DNA of 64,000 bases from Desulfatiglandales bacterium (GCA_035527895.1 DATKZQ010000199.1:944-64943); one strand, 5' to 3'; shown: positions 1 through 8,779, counted from the first letter of the stretch. A program made the numbers and translations. The notes: generated by a model from the letters alone, not told the origin.

Positions 1-367
1 ACAGGTATAACGCGCTGCGAGATAAGCTGCACCCCTGGGCTCGGCAGATGCTTTTCTTACATCTGACGTGCCAATGGGGCGGAGCGAAGCGGAGTCCCGC
101 CTGCAAGACGGGATGTCAGCTTCATTGAGCGGATAGACGGCGCTCCGCGCTGAATAGACGCGAGATGAACAATCTCGCAGCACGATAGGCGGCGGTCCTT
201 TTACCTGATTCTGCCTTCTTCCTTGTTATTCCGCTCAACACTTTTATTCCGCACTAGCTGAGCGGGGCGCTTCGAGCGAAATCTGTTTGAGCATGGATCG
301 CATGGCGCGGCAAAACATCCGGATTCGGCTTCACCACCGGGCGGCGCGGAGCGCCGCCTATCGGATT

Positions 368-428
368 GGGTAACCGGCGGGAATGTAGCGCCAGCGGAAT
401 TACCGTCAGCTTGACCCAAATGTTAGCA
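368..428 (-). mobile_element. attC-like site (weak)
   Basis: GGGTAAC (368-374) ... GTTAGCA (422-428), ending 7 nt before the stop of 436..777. The internal palindrome GGTAACCGGCG / CGCCAGCGGAATTACC is off-centre, so the site is weak. Confidence 0.35.
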
Positions 429-435
429 GCTCTTT

Positions 436-777
436 CTATTTCAACCGATATAAGCCCACGTTCGGATTACCTGGTGCTACCAAATCTGTACCGTCCTTTA
501 GCATTACCTTCAACGAGGATGAGTCGAGGAACACTATTTCGATGTCAGGGAGCATCTCGGCAGCATCTGACACAACGCTGGCAGCGGCATAGTATTTGCC
601 CGACCCTTGCCCTGGCGTTCCGCGTTCTTTGATAAGCTGGTCTCTTATCTGTGATGGCAATTTTTCCAGAATTTGATGCGCGGTTAGATAAGAGCGACCG
701 TATCGAGGATCATTCAGGGTCCTCTTCAATACGGCTTTCACTTCTTCCTTAATATCGGTTGGCATAAGCTTAGGCAT
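436..777 (-). CDS. Hypothetical cassette protein (113 aa)
   Basis: Complete ORF between two attC-like sites, preceded by an AGGAGG-like RBS (CCTCCT at 783-789 on plus). I recognised no motif. Confidence 0.55.
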   Translation of the reverse strand: MPKLMPTDIKEEVKAVLKRTLNDPRYGRSYLTAHQILEKLPSQIRDQLIKERGTPGQGSGKYYAAASVVSDAAEMLPDIEIVFLDSSSLKVMLKDGTDLVAPGNPNVGLYRLK

Positions 778-815
778 GGTATCCTCCTTTGAATCACGCT
801 GCCTTCGTATCGACC

Positions 816-872
816 CTTGCGACGTTCTTCAGCCGCAGCAATAAGCTGTCGGCTGCAAGAGCCATGTTAGGT
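816..872 (-). mobile_element. attC-like site
   Basis: Degenerate left box TTGCGAC and right box GTTAGGT (866-872), 10 nt from the stop of 883..1881. Arms GTTCTTCAGCCGCAGC / GCTGTCGGCTGCAAGAGC pair with unpaired bases. The right half is almost identical to 5695-5724. Confidence 0.55.
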
Positions 873-882
873 TTAAGGGTAT

Positions 883-1881
883 CTATTGACTAATTGACTT
901 CGCTTCAAGATCAAGTATTTCTCGACTGTTTACGTTGAAAAAATGTCCACGCCTGATATTTCTCTGCTCGCCTGAGAAATTTCTGGCTAAAGAAACTCTA
1001 TAGCTTGCCCAATTGAAGAGCGAGACCTGGGAGACAATGGATTTTCTGTCTGCCGCCCAATTTACGGTGACTATATGCCCAAGGCGTCTCCTGCCTTCGA
1101 CTGGTTCATCTCCCAAGATTGGATTATCATCGACGCTCACAAAAGGATAGTCAGCCTTCTTGCCATAACGAATAAAGCTTCTCGATGGGTCAAAGGATTG
1201 ATGTAAAAGAAAATCCCTACCTTCCCAGTAGCCAAGGTAATTAAAAGCTATTTTTGCCACAGTTCGAAAAATGGCACTATCTATCAAAGTATCTACTTTA
1301 CAAAGCCAATCCTCTTTTGGATTTTCTGATGGACCTGCCTCACCCTGATATTCAAATTTAATCGCTTTTTCAGATAGAACCCGACGTGCGGTATCAACAT
1401 CAATACCAAAAGCTCTAATGGCTCTTGGGTGTTTCATATCAAATTCATTTTTATCTAGGTAACTTTTGTGTGGAATCTGATCTAATAGATAGTATTCGTA
1501 CTCTGACGGTTCATTTTTCAAGAAACCGATTTGAGGCACAGGTTTTATCACGACTTTATCCTGTTCTTTAGAATATTCCCGATAAGCATAAGCTCCTTTA
1601 CATTCGCCTTCTGCGATCTTGATTATCATCCTGCTTTGCTTACCAAGGGATTTGAATTCTTTCGGGCTTTTCAACGCAAATTCGAACCTAGATGCCCCCT
1701 CAAGCGTATCTCTGGCCATAACGATTTCAAGGTTGTCTCCGAAGTACTGATTGCAGTCGTCACACACTACATTCGCTAAGGTGAAATTGTTTGTAAACAA
1801 GCCAAAGGATTGAGGCATGACATGTTCAACTTTGGTAAATGCGGAGAGGGGTTTGTCCTCAACACAATAAACGCATTTCAT
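883..1881 (-). CDS. HNH-type zinc-finger nuclease-like protein with an uncharacterised C-terminal domain
   Basis: N-terminus reads CVYC...EHVMPQSFG...CDDCNQYFG, a CxxC...H...CxxC pattern typical of HNH/His-Me finger proteins. It is a single-ORF cassette between attC sites. Confidence 0.6.
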   Translation of the reverse strand: MKCVYCVEDKPLSAFTKVEHVMPQSFGLFTNNFTLANVVCDDCNQYFGDNLEIVMARDTLEGASRFEFALKSPKEFKSLGKQSRMIIKIAEGECKGAYAYREYSKEQDKVVIKPVPQIGFLKNEPSEYEYYLLDQIPHKSYLDKNEFDMKHPRAIRAFGIDVDTARRVLSEKAIKFEYQGEAGPSENPKEDWLCKVDTLIDSAIFRTVAKIAFNYLGYWEGRDFLLHQSFDPSRSFIRYGKKADYPFVSVDDNPILGDEPVEGRRRLGHIVTVNWAADRKSIVSQVSLFNWASYRVSLARNFSGEQRNIRRGHFFNVNSREILDLEAKSISQ

Positions 1882-1913
1882 TCGGATTAACCCACTTAAA
1901 CAAGATTATTGAA

Positions 1914-2002
1914 ACCTAACGCCCAGGGTAACCAGCCGCGCCAGTGACCGTGCCCCTAAGGCCGCCGAGCTCCTCGCGGTCTGGTTGACTCTGTCGTTAG
2001 GC
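1914..2002 (-). mobile_element. attC site (best example)
   Basis: ACCTAAC (1914-1920) ... GTTAGGC (1996-2002). On the minus strand these read GCCTAAC...GTTAGGT, a perfect RYYYAAC/GTTRRRY pair. Arms are CCCAGGGTAACCAGCCGCG / CGCGGTCTGGTTGACTCTG; length 89 bp. Confidence 0.8.
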
Positions 2003-2034
2003 TTAAAATATATTTCATTTCTGCCTGTTACATC

Positions 2035-2550
2035 TCACTGAGGCCTTTTTATATGAAATAAGCTAGGCAATCTAGCCTCGACACGCATTCTTAGATTTTC
2101 ATCCTTTTCTAGGTCGGCGAGAAATTTGTCTACAGCATCGTAAAAATCTCGTATGAATAGATCCACACCCAAAACCACTAGGTCAGGATGTTTCGCTGGA
2201 TCGTAAAAGTGGTTAAGGCAGTTTGGCTTGTATACAATTTTCTTGCATTTGTTTTTTCTACTCAAGTCAGACTCAGCCCCATACGTATGAACGATGCCAC
2301 ATCTTGCGCCATATAAGTCTTCTTCAGCGTATTGATATGGCTGTCCAAAGTCAGTTGTCATATATTTTTCAACCCAATTTTTGAAATCAAGCCTTTCAAC
2401 CTTTTGCTTTCCCTGTGGCATAGACAAGAACGCCATTGCATCCACAGCACAATAAGTCAGAAGTACAGCTCCAGTTGGTGCATTATTTTTCAAACAAACA
2501 TGAATATCATTGCCAATGCAATCAGCTATAACTTCTTTGAATAAATCCAT
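2035..2550 (-). CDS. Hypothetical cassette protein, possible HEPN-like RNase
   Basis: 171 aa. It contains ARCGIVHTYG, an R-x4-H segment in a predicted helical context. Otherwise unrecognised. Confidence 0.5.
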   Translation of the reverse strand: MDLFKEVIADCIGNDIHVCLKNNAPTGAVLLTYCAVDAMAFLSMPQGKQKVERLDFKNWVEKYMTTDFGQPYQYAEEDLYGARCGIVHTYGAESDLSRKNKCKKIVYKPNCLNHFYDPAKHPDLVVLGVDLFIRDFYDAVDKFLADLEKDENLRMRVEARLPSLFHIKRPQ

Positions 2551-2760
2551 TAATCATTTGCCCTCAACAGACAACACATTAGCATTCATGTCACAAAAGG
2601 CAATTAATATGCAGAAGAAATTCTACATATTCAGATGTTTTTGAGTTTCTACAGAATCTCGATGAAGAAACCCTTTCCCCTCAAACAACAAAACCCCACC
2701 TCTCTATGTGAGAAATAGGGGTCTTGATATTCAGTTCATGGCACCCTCGTTTTCTGCGAC

Positions 2761-2819
2761 AACCAACGTCGCAAATCAGCCGGCGCGACTAGTGATCGGC
2801 TGCATTTGCTTTGTTATGT
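2761..2819 (-). mobile_element. attC site
   Basis: AACCAAC ... GTTATGT (2813-2819), ending 1 nt before the stop codon at 2821. Arms GCAAATCAGCCG / CGGCTGCATTTGC carry one extra-helical G. Confidence 0.7.
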
Positions 2820-2820
2820 G

Positions 2821-3528
2821 CTATGTTTCCGATTCGGGATCGAACACATTCCATCCAAGGTATTTGCTTACAGTATCATATGTATAATCGAGTGACCCCA
2901 CTTCTGATAGCCCCTTACGCATGCAGTCAGACATGATGTGATGAAGAAAGAAATCGAGGCCATTTCCATCATGCTCAGAGAATTGAGTTTGTTTGTAAGG
3001 GCTTGACCATGTTTTAGAACCTTTAAGAGAATAAAACCCAACAAATCTCTTTGAATCCTCAAACAGTGATAAATCAGGATTCATAGGATCAACAACCAAG
3101 ACAAAATACCCGGAAGCCATACCGTCGGCTCCAAACATTCCATGTCGTTTAGATTCAACGTCTATAAGGGCATTAAAGTGTTTACTAAGCCGTTTCAAAT
3201 CATATTGGCTCTTGCACTCAACTACTTCAGATACGGACTCGCAGCAAACAATAACTGATGAATCTTCATTTACAGCCAGCCGAGGGAAGGTATTTTTATC
3301 ATAAACAAGGATATCTATTTGAGGGCTTATTTCATTTTGATTATTTGCTATTTGCCCAGTACCAACTGCAAAAGTTGAGGGCATATAATCTGTTAGTGTA
3401 CGACGTATGACATGCTCTATTGACGTCCCTTTGATGACAGAATTGTCTGAACCAACTCTTGCACGATCAGTCTGTGCAACCAAAGAATCACACAATCTTT
3501 TCAGATGTTCAGTCCAGAATCGATCCAT
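2821..3528 (-). CDS. DUF6602-like PD-(D/E)xK (restriction-endonuclease fold) protein
   Basis: The pattern KGTSIEHVIRRTLTDYMP...GQI...SPQIDILVYD...VVECKS resembles the G-x-E...S-x-Q-x-D...E-x-K layout I recall for DUF6602. Confidence 0.55.
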   Translation of the reverse strand: MDRFWTEHLKRLCDSLVAQTDRARVGSDNSVIKGTSIEHVIRRTLTDYMPSTFAVGTGQIANNQNEISPQIDILVYDKNTFPRLAVNEDSSVIVCCESVSEVVECKSQYDLKRLSKHFNALIDVESKRHGMFGADGMASGYFVLVVDPMNPDLSLFEDSKRFVGFYSLKGSKTWSSPYKQTQFSEHDGNGLDFFLHHIMSDCMRKGLSEVGSLDYTYDTVSKYLGWNVFDPESET

Positions 3529-3564
3529 ATCAATTATCTCGTCTAATCTGCTAAAAGTCTTCGC

Positions 3565-3621
3565 ACATAACGCAGAAATAACCCGCCGCTGTAAGCGGTC
3601 GGGTTGAGTGGGTGGTTAGAG
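3565..3621 (-). mobile_element. attC site
   Basis: ACATAAC (3565-3571) ... GTTAGAG (3615-3621). Arms AACCCGCCGC / GCGGTCGGGTT carry one unpaired T. The site lies between the start of 2821..3528 and the stop of 3632..3952. Confidence 0.7.
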
Positions 3622-3631
3622 AAATTACCTT

Positions 3632-3952
3632 TTAATTTGGAGATTTAAAGATGAATCCAATAATCATTATTATTGTTGCAACGATAGCCATAATTGCTGC
3701 TATCCATGCTGCTTTTTTTGCCGAACGCGCATCATCTCGCGCTGATAAAGCAATAAAATTAGCTTCTCGGGCAACTCTGATGCTTTCTGATTCTCGGTCT
3801 TCTTGCCGAGATAAAACATCTTCAGATTTGGAGGACTCCAATTGACGAAGCCATTCTTGGGCGTGTGCCCGTTTAGTCTTGTTGCTCCAAAGATTGGCGT
3901 TGAGATGCTCACGAACTTTTTCTTCCCCAAGCTCTTCACATTTTTGGAACAT
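3632..3952 (-). CDS. Small tail-anchored membrane protein (106 aa)
   Basis: Charged helical N-terminal part followed by a C-terminal hydrophobic helix AAWIAAIMAIVATIIMIIGFIF. Single-ORF cassette. Confidence 0.5.
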   Translation of the reverse strand: MFQKCEELGEEKVREHLNANLWSNKTKRAHAQEWLRQLESSKSEDVLSRQEDRESESIRVAREANFIALSARDDARSAKKAAWIAAIMAIVATIIMIIGFIFKSPN

Positions 3953-3983
3953 CTCATCTTAAGATATAGTCATAATCTTTTAC

Positions 3984-4054
3984 CCCTAACGCTGAGTTGA
4001 GACGCGGGAAACGCGCCAGCGTTTTCCCGTCGATACTCAAACGATTTGTTATAG
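3984..4054 (-). mobile_element. attC site
   Basis: CCCTAAC (3984-3990) ... GTTATAG (4048-4054), directly abutting the stop at 4055. Arms are GAGTTGAGACGCGGGAAACGC / GCGTTTTCCCGTCGATACTCAAAC. Confidence 0.75.
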
Positions 4055-5116
4055 TTAAAGTTTTTCTGGGCAAACCAGCTCGCCATTAACATCCAATATC
4101 TCATGTAAAACCAATCCAAAATAATTAACGAATCTTTTCAAAATAATATCGATTAAATGATCGAATTGGGATTCCTTATCAACGATAAAGGAATACTGTA
4201 AATTATCAGTTTGAACTGGGTATCCGTACAACGCACCTCTCGGATCTTTCTCCCTTGAATAAAGGATGGAATTACGAGTGTTTAAAATAGTGGTTGTCAA
4301 AGTCATATTTTTGAACTGCAAGCATTTAGTCCAAATGGTTTGTAGGGCTTCTATTTGCTTTGTTATTACTTGAGCAAGATGAGTATATTTGATAATTCGA
4401 GACGAACCGATTATATCGGGCTCCTTATTTTTAGCATGCTCTGTTATGTTATTAACAGATCCCTCAAGACAAAATAGAAACTCGCAATGGCCATTTCTAT
4501 ATATTGAGATTTTATGACCGTCACCTTCCTCCAAATTTTTTGTTTTAATGTTTGTTATTCCATTTTCATCAGGTCGAGTATCATATGCATTTAGTTGGGG
4601 GTTCCAGAAGCCATCACCTGGTAGATGAATACTGTTTAGAGTCTCTATTATGGCATCATCCAAGGGATGTATAGAGTCGTTATCAACGCGTAATGGTGTT
4701 AAGCTTGCCACAACCCAAATTTGAGATTTCGAAAAAGAAACCCAGGAATCATAAATCTTTTCTAGATACTGGGAATTATCAATTGGTTTGAATGAAAGAA
4801 CACCGCGTTCAAGTTGTTCAGAAACCCATTTTTCATGTTCTTCTTTAAGTTGATGCAGTTTTGAAGAGGGCCATGAGTCAGGTAATTTGTCTATTTCGGA
4901 ATGGTGGTTTGGACAAAGTAACATCAGGTTGGAATAGTCATCTCTTTTAGATAACAGCAGTGCGTCATTTCCTCTGGGGCCTTCTCTAGTGCGGCTAACA
5001 ATATGGGCAATTTCTCCGATGGTTTCGACCGAACCATCAGGAGATAGTTCAATCTTACAAATCGCGCACCTGTTAGCAGAACGTCCCCACAATAATTTAA
5101 TATCTTTAATGCGCAT
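4055..5116 (-). CDS. HNH endonuclease-domain protein with a large uncharacterised C-terminal domain
   Basis: CAICK...GEIAHIVSRTREGPRG...YSNLMLLCPNHHSEIDK is a clear HNH motif. The stop abuts the attC at 3984-4054. Confidence 0.75.
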   Translation of the reverse strand: MRIKDIKLLWGRSANRCAICKIELSPDGSVETIGEIAHIVSRTREGPRGNDALLLSKRDDYSNLMLLCPNHHSEIDKLPDSWPSSKLHQLKEEHEKWVSEQLERGVLSFKPIDNSQYLEKIYDSWVSFSKSQIWVVASLTPLRVDNDSIHPLDDAIIETLNSIHLPGDGFWNPQLNAYDTRPDENGITNIKTKNLEEGDGHKISIYRNGHCEFLFCLEGSVNNITEHAKNKEPDIIGSSRIIKYTHLAQVITKQIEALQTIWTKCLQFKNMTLTTTILNTRNSILYSREKDPRGALYGYPVQTDNLQYSFIVDKESQFDHLIDIILKRFVNYFGLVLHEILDVNGELVCPEKL

Positions 5117-5132
5117 GTGGAATAATTCCTTA

Positions 5133-5192
5133 ATATAACGAAAAACTCAGCCGCGCTGTTTCTTTGGCGTCGGCTGAAGTGGATGGTTAGGA
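5133..5192 (-). mobile_element. attC site
   Basis: ATATAAC (5133-5139) ... GTTAGGA (5186-5192). The TAA stop of 5187..5663 lies inside the GTTAGGA box. Arms are CTCAGCCGCGC / GCGTCGGCTGAAG. Confidence 0.7.
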
Positions 5193-5663
5193 AAAAAGAG
5201 ATTGAAGAACCTGTATCGCCATGTGGAGCCACTTCCTTGGATCACTTGAAAAGCCACTCTCTTCAAGCGTGCGAAGCTCCTGAAAACTCGGCTTCGCTTT
5301 TGCCTTTACCTCCGCCCAAGCCTTTGCAAACGACGGTTTAGATAGGTTGGATTTTATGCCATCACTCCAACTGCGCCAGGTTGCGAAGCTCACCCGACCG
5401 TTCATTCTCAGAAACACCTGCTCATTAGACAAGTCTATGTACTGGAATAGATGGGGAAAAGCCTTCTTAAAATCGTCTTCACTTAACTCCGTCCCGAGGT
5501 GTGCTTCAACTGGAATCGCACGCGTCAACTCTCTGTACTCTCTGGAAAGGTCATCTTCAAAATCCGTTCTGGCTTGCTGGGTATTCTTGTGGACCTGCCA
5601 AGCGGCGATGAGTACCGCTATGGCTGTACCTATTGACCCAATCGCTGACCAATCGAACTTCAT
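5187..5663 (-). CDS. N-terminally anchored membrane protein (158 aa)
   Basis: N-terminal TM helix AIGSIGTAIAVLIAAW followed by a helical soluble part. GGGAGG RBS upstream; the stop lies inside the attC box. Confidence 0.5.
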   Translation of the reverse strand: MKFDWSAIGSIGTAIAVLIAAWQVHKNTQQARTDFEDDLSREYRELTRAIPVEAHLGTELSEDDFKKAFPHLFQYIDLSNEQVFLRMNGRVSFATWRSWSDGIKSNLSKPSFAKAWAEVKAKAKPSFQELRTLEESGFSSDPRKWLHMAIQVLQSLFS

Positions 5664-5679
5664 TGCCTCCCTCGCTAAA

Positions 5680-5724
5680 GCCTAATGCAGCGATTAGCTG
5701 TCGGCTGCAAGAGCCGTGTTAGCA
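5680..5724 (-). mobile_element. attC-like site (short, degenerate)
   Basis: GCCTAAT ... GTTAGCA (5718-5724). It is only about 45 bp long. It shares AGCTGTCGGCTGCAAGAGCC-N-TGTTAG with the site at 816-872. The next ORF start (5663) is 16 nt away. Confidence 0.45.
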
Positions 5725-5747
5725 TGTCGATCTGCTCCACTCTTAGG

Positions 5748-7166
5748 CTATCCACAATTTGCTCTCACCTCCATGGCAAGGCGTGCTGCTGCGACTGTTG
5801 CCGGTACGTAATCGCCTCCGGCACCTCTGGCAACCTCCTTAACAACCTGAAGCTCTTTCGCCTCGCTTTCAAACTCCCAGTTCAGATGCACGCGAGAATT
5901 ATTGCGTTCCCACCAGACTTCAGAAGGTGTGAACATAAGAAGGATATCTATCCTCGGCCGTAAGAGATCAACAGCGTAACCCAGGTATTGCAGTGCGCCT
6001 TCCAGGTCCTCCAAACGCCGAATTAGCGAGTCATAGTCCGTTTGAGGGTCAGGACCGCGGAACAGTTCTTCATCGAGTTCCTGTAAGAATATATCCACTA
6101 CGGACGGCTCTTTTCTCAAGATCGGCTCCAAGTAGCCCCAAGGAGCACACGTGTAATGGTTCGGATAGATCGAGACATTCCCGGAACGCCGCTGAACGAC
6201 CACCCTGTCCTCCACATTACTATTATCCTTGGGAGGAAAGGTGATTGCCAAAACCGTAACCAATGGTCGCTTGCAATTCAAGAAGTTAAGCCTGTCGAAT
6301 TCTACCTCACCGTTTGAGAGCCAATCCTCTAGCAGATCCAGGTACGCCATCTCACAACAGCCAAAACAGTCCCTAAAAGGCCCTTCGCTGACCTCAATAC
6401 GGGGCGTTTGGTCGTCTGATGGTGTGAGTAAATCAGCCAGATTGGTCACGAAGAAAGTCGGTGCAAAACTTGCGGTGCGGAATCGCGCGATATAATCACC
6501 ACTTGCAATAGCTCTCACATCATCGAGCTTCTGCAGATTCTCTGTCGAGTGTTTAATAATGCCATCATCGAACTCTTTACATTTCTCTTTTTCTCCGATC
6601 GCTTTCAAATCGAGGATAAGCGTACTCCTTGCTGGTACCACGAAAAGAGGCCATTTATCATACGGTATGTGCCGCTTGTCCAAGGTGCCCCGGGCAGACT
6701 GCGTCAAATCATGGAAGAAGCCAGGAACATCAAGGTCATTTCTTGCTGATGGACCGTCCCACACTAGAGACGCTATATGAGCCGGGAATGGGAAAACCTT
6801 TCCGCTGTCCGCTGTGCTCCAATGAGACCATTCAACCCTTTCGGAGTGAGAACGTACGACTACCTCGGCGATAACCGCCTCCTGATCGAATCTACAACGA
6901 AGTTCGGTTGCCAAATTATTCAGTTTATTAATCTCGGAGACACACCCCTTTGGATCAGACCATTTTTCACCTGACAAGTCCATGTGCACCTCTATAATCA
7001 CAGAATCTTCGGGCTTGCCTTTGTAATACCCCTGGCAGTTGATGACCGTGTACTCGTCGATTCCCATTTGATTGGGGGCAAGTTGAATATCCTTAAGATT
7101 GATATCTCGGCCACTCATGGCCTTCGCCCCGACGAAGAAACGCACCGAAATCAAAATCTTACTCAT
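5748..7166 (-). CDS. Hypothetical protein (472 aa), no recognisable family
   Basis: Long uninterrupted ORF filling one cassette (attC 5680-5724 downstream, 7219-7346 upstream). I recognised no catalytic motif with confidence. Confidence 0.6.
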   Translation of the reverse strand: MSKILISVRFFVGAKAMSGRDINLKDIQLAPNQMGIDEYTVINCQGYYKGKPEDSVIIEVHMDLSGEKWSDPKGCVSEINKLNNLATELRCRFDQEAVIAEVVVRSHSERVEWSHWSTADSGKVFPFPAHIASLVWDGPSARNDLDVPGFFHDLTQSARGTLDKRHIPYDKWPLFVVPARSTLILDLKAIGEKEKCKEFDDGIIKHSTENLQKLDDVRAIASGDYIARFRTASFAPTFFVTNLADLLTPSDDQTPRIEVSEGPFRDCFGCCEMAYLDLLEDWLSNGEVEFDRLNFLNCKRPLVTVLAITFPPKDNSNVEDRVVVQRRSGNVSIYPNHYTCAPWGYLEPILRKEPSVVDIFLQELDEELFRGPDPQTDYDSLIRRLEDLEGALQYLGYAVDLLRPRIDILLMFTPSEVWWERNNSRVHLNWEFESEAKELQVVKEVARGAGGDYVPATVAAARLAMEVRANCG

Positions 7167-7218
7167 GCGGATGCTCCTTCTTTGCTTGGCCTCACTATTT
7201 GGGAGTTCCTATACGTCT

Positions 7219-7346
7219 GGCTAACGCCCACCATCACCAGTGGGCAGGGTTAATAGAGCGCTGTAAAATTGCAATCAAACAGAGTATTCGATAAGAGCTA
7301 TTAACCGCCGCGACCCTGCCCATCTGCGTGAATGGTGTTGTTATGC
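7219..7346 (-). mobile_element. attC site (long, 128 bp)
   Basis: GGCTAAC (7219-7225) ... GTTATGC (7340-7346). The stop of 7341..7886 lies inside the GTTATGC box. Long arms CACCATCACCAGTGGGCAGGGTTAATAGAGC / GCTATTAACCGCCGCGACCCTGCCCATCTGCGTGAATGGTG pair with bulges. Confidence 0.75.
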
Positions 7347-7886
7347 ATTGTCAAATAGTAGGGTTCCTGCCACTGCGAGTTCACACAACTTTGTTTGTAT
7401 TAATTCTACTAGCTGAATTGACAAAGCGAGGCTTTCAATTTCATGCCGCGTTATGACAATAAACTGGCGGCCTTCTGCTAATGCCGCGTTAATGACATCA
7501 TGTGCCGCTGTTCTATCAGCAGGATTCCCTGTTATGCCATTAGCAGCAACTAATATTCCAAAAGGCTGGGCTCTTCTTCGTAATTTTGAATCAAACCAAC
7601 CGACTTCCTCACTCCCTAAAGGTCGTGACCAATTCTTACATTCAGCCAGAATTATGTTTTGAAGAAAATACAAGCCATTGTGATGGCGTCTATTCCAGAA
7701 AGCAACATCAATTTCTTCGGATAAAAACTGATTTAGTGTGTTTCTTTTTGTAACTGTGATTCCAGGCACCTTCCCGAAAATGTAACAAATAAGATCTTCG
7801 AGAGCTCTGCCTTTTTCAGTAGTTGTTTGGGCATTGTCACCTGCAGCAAGAAATTGTTGAATTCGCTGTTGGGATATGAGAGCCAT
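7341..7886 (-). CDS. Mrr-like restriction endonuclease-domain protein (PD-(D/E)xK)
   Basis: KGRALEDLICYIFGKVPG...EEIDVAFWN...ILAECKNW matches the Mrr_cat-type layout G-x-x-x-E...D...E-x-K. Its start overlaps the stop of the upstream ORF (TAATG at 7884-7888). Confidence 0.7.
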   Translation of the reverse strand: MALISQQRIQQFLAAGDNAQTTTEKGRALEDLICYIFGKVPGITVTKRNTLNQFLSEEIDVAFWNRRHHNGLYFLQNIILAECKNWSRPLGSEEVGWFDSKLRRRAQPFGILVAANGITGNPADRTAAHDVINAALAEGRQFIVITRHEIESLALSIQLVELIQTKLCELAVAGTLLFDNA

Positions 7887-8779
7887 TATATCTCTCCCCC
7901 ATGTGCAATTATGTTCCTGCGTGTCCTTATTATGCCAGAAAAACTTTTTTCTTGGAGTTGTTCAATGAACTCTTCTAGTTGGAAAAAAATGATATTGAAC
8001 TGTTGTGCTGCAGTTTGAGCTTCAAATGATGGCAGTCCTTCCAAATATAGTACCAAGGCAGATCTTGAATTACTTTTATTCATGTAGCGGAGTAATTGAT
8101 CTGTAACCTTTTTAACCTGTGCAGCACTCTTAATGCTCCTTTTAATTTCAATTAAAATTGGGTTGCCAAATATTGAACTAAGATCGTCAGACCAAATAGC
8201 AAAATCGGCTCCAAGATCTGGTCTGTTTGATTGCTTGATTATTGAGATACCGCTCTCTTTCAGTATGTCACCCACAAAATTTTCGAGTTCGTACCCAGCG
8301 ATTTTAGGATCTAAGGATTTTAGCCTGTTTCTTAACTCAATTACTCCGAATCCGGCAGGTTTACCAACATGAGGAGGTTTCTTTAACTGTCGCTTTTTTG
8401 TTCTTTTGATCGGTGCGGCAAGCAACTGATCAACTGTAAATCCAAGAGCTTCGATGTTGTCTGCATCAATTTTTAGATAAAGAAAGCCTGCTAAATCGGA
8501 TGGGATTTTAAATTTCGGGGGGGCCAAGATAATTATCTGTTTTTTTTGGGCTACGGCCAGCCCTAATTCAAAGAAAATATTTCCATTTGGCAGATCGTCG
8601 TCGAAGACCGCGATAAAGAGATCTGCTTGTGAAATTAGTTTTGATATTTTTTCACTAATGCTTTCACCAGAAAATGGAATTTCGGATGGGTGAATATACT
8701 CCAGGCCTTTCTCGCTGAGTATCCTCTTTATTTTTAAAAGGTTGACTCCTGCTGGTGCTGAAATAAAGCAAGAAAGCAT
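7886..8779 (-). CDS. Fusion protein: N-terminal nucleoside 2-deoxyribosyltransferase-like/TIR-like Rossmannoid domain plus C-terminal Mrr-like PD-(D/E)xK nuclease domain
   Basis: The N-terminal part CFISAPAG...QADLFIAVFDDDLPNGNIFFELGLAVAQKKQIIIL resembles the NDT/TIR-like core. The C-terminal part YELENFVGDILKESG...GADFAIW...ILIEIKRS is an Mrr-type D...E-x-K motif. Confidence 0.55.
   Translation of the reverse strand: MLSCFISAPAGVNLLKIKRILSEKGLEYIHPSEIPFSGESISEKISKLISQADLFIAVFDDDLPNGNIFFELGLAVAQKKQIIILAPPKFKIPSDLAGFLYLKIDADNIEALGFTVDQLLAAPIKRTKKRQLKKPPHVGKPAGFGVIELRNRLKSLDPKIAGYELENFVGDILKESGISIIKQSNRPDLGADFAIWSDDLSSIFGNPILIEIKRSIKSAAQVKKVTDQLLRYMNKSNSRSALVLYLEGLPSFEAQTAAQQFNIIFFQLEEFIEQLQEKSFSGIIRTRRNIIAHGGEI

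Noticed and set aside
201-419. 72-aa minus-strand ORF in the GC-rich leader
   Set aside because: The composition is Arg/Pro/Gly/Ala-rich, and it overlaps the inverted-repeat structure and an attC-like site. It is more likely non-coding.
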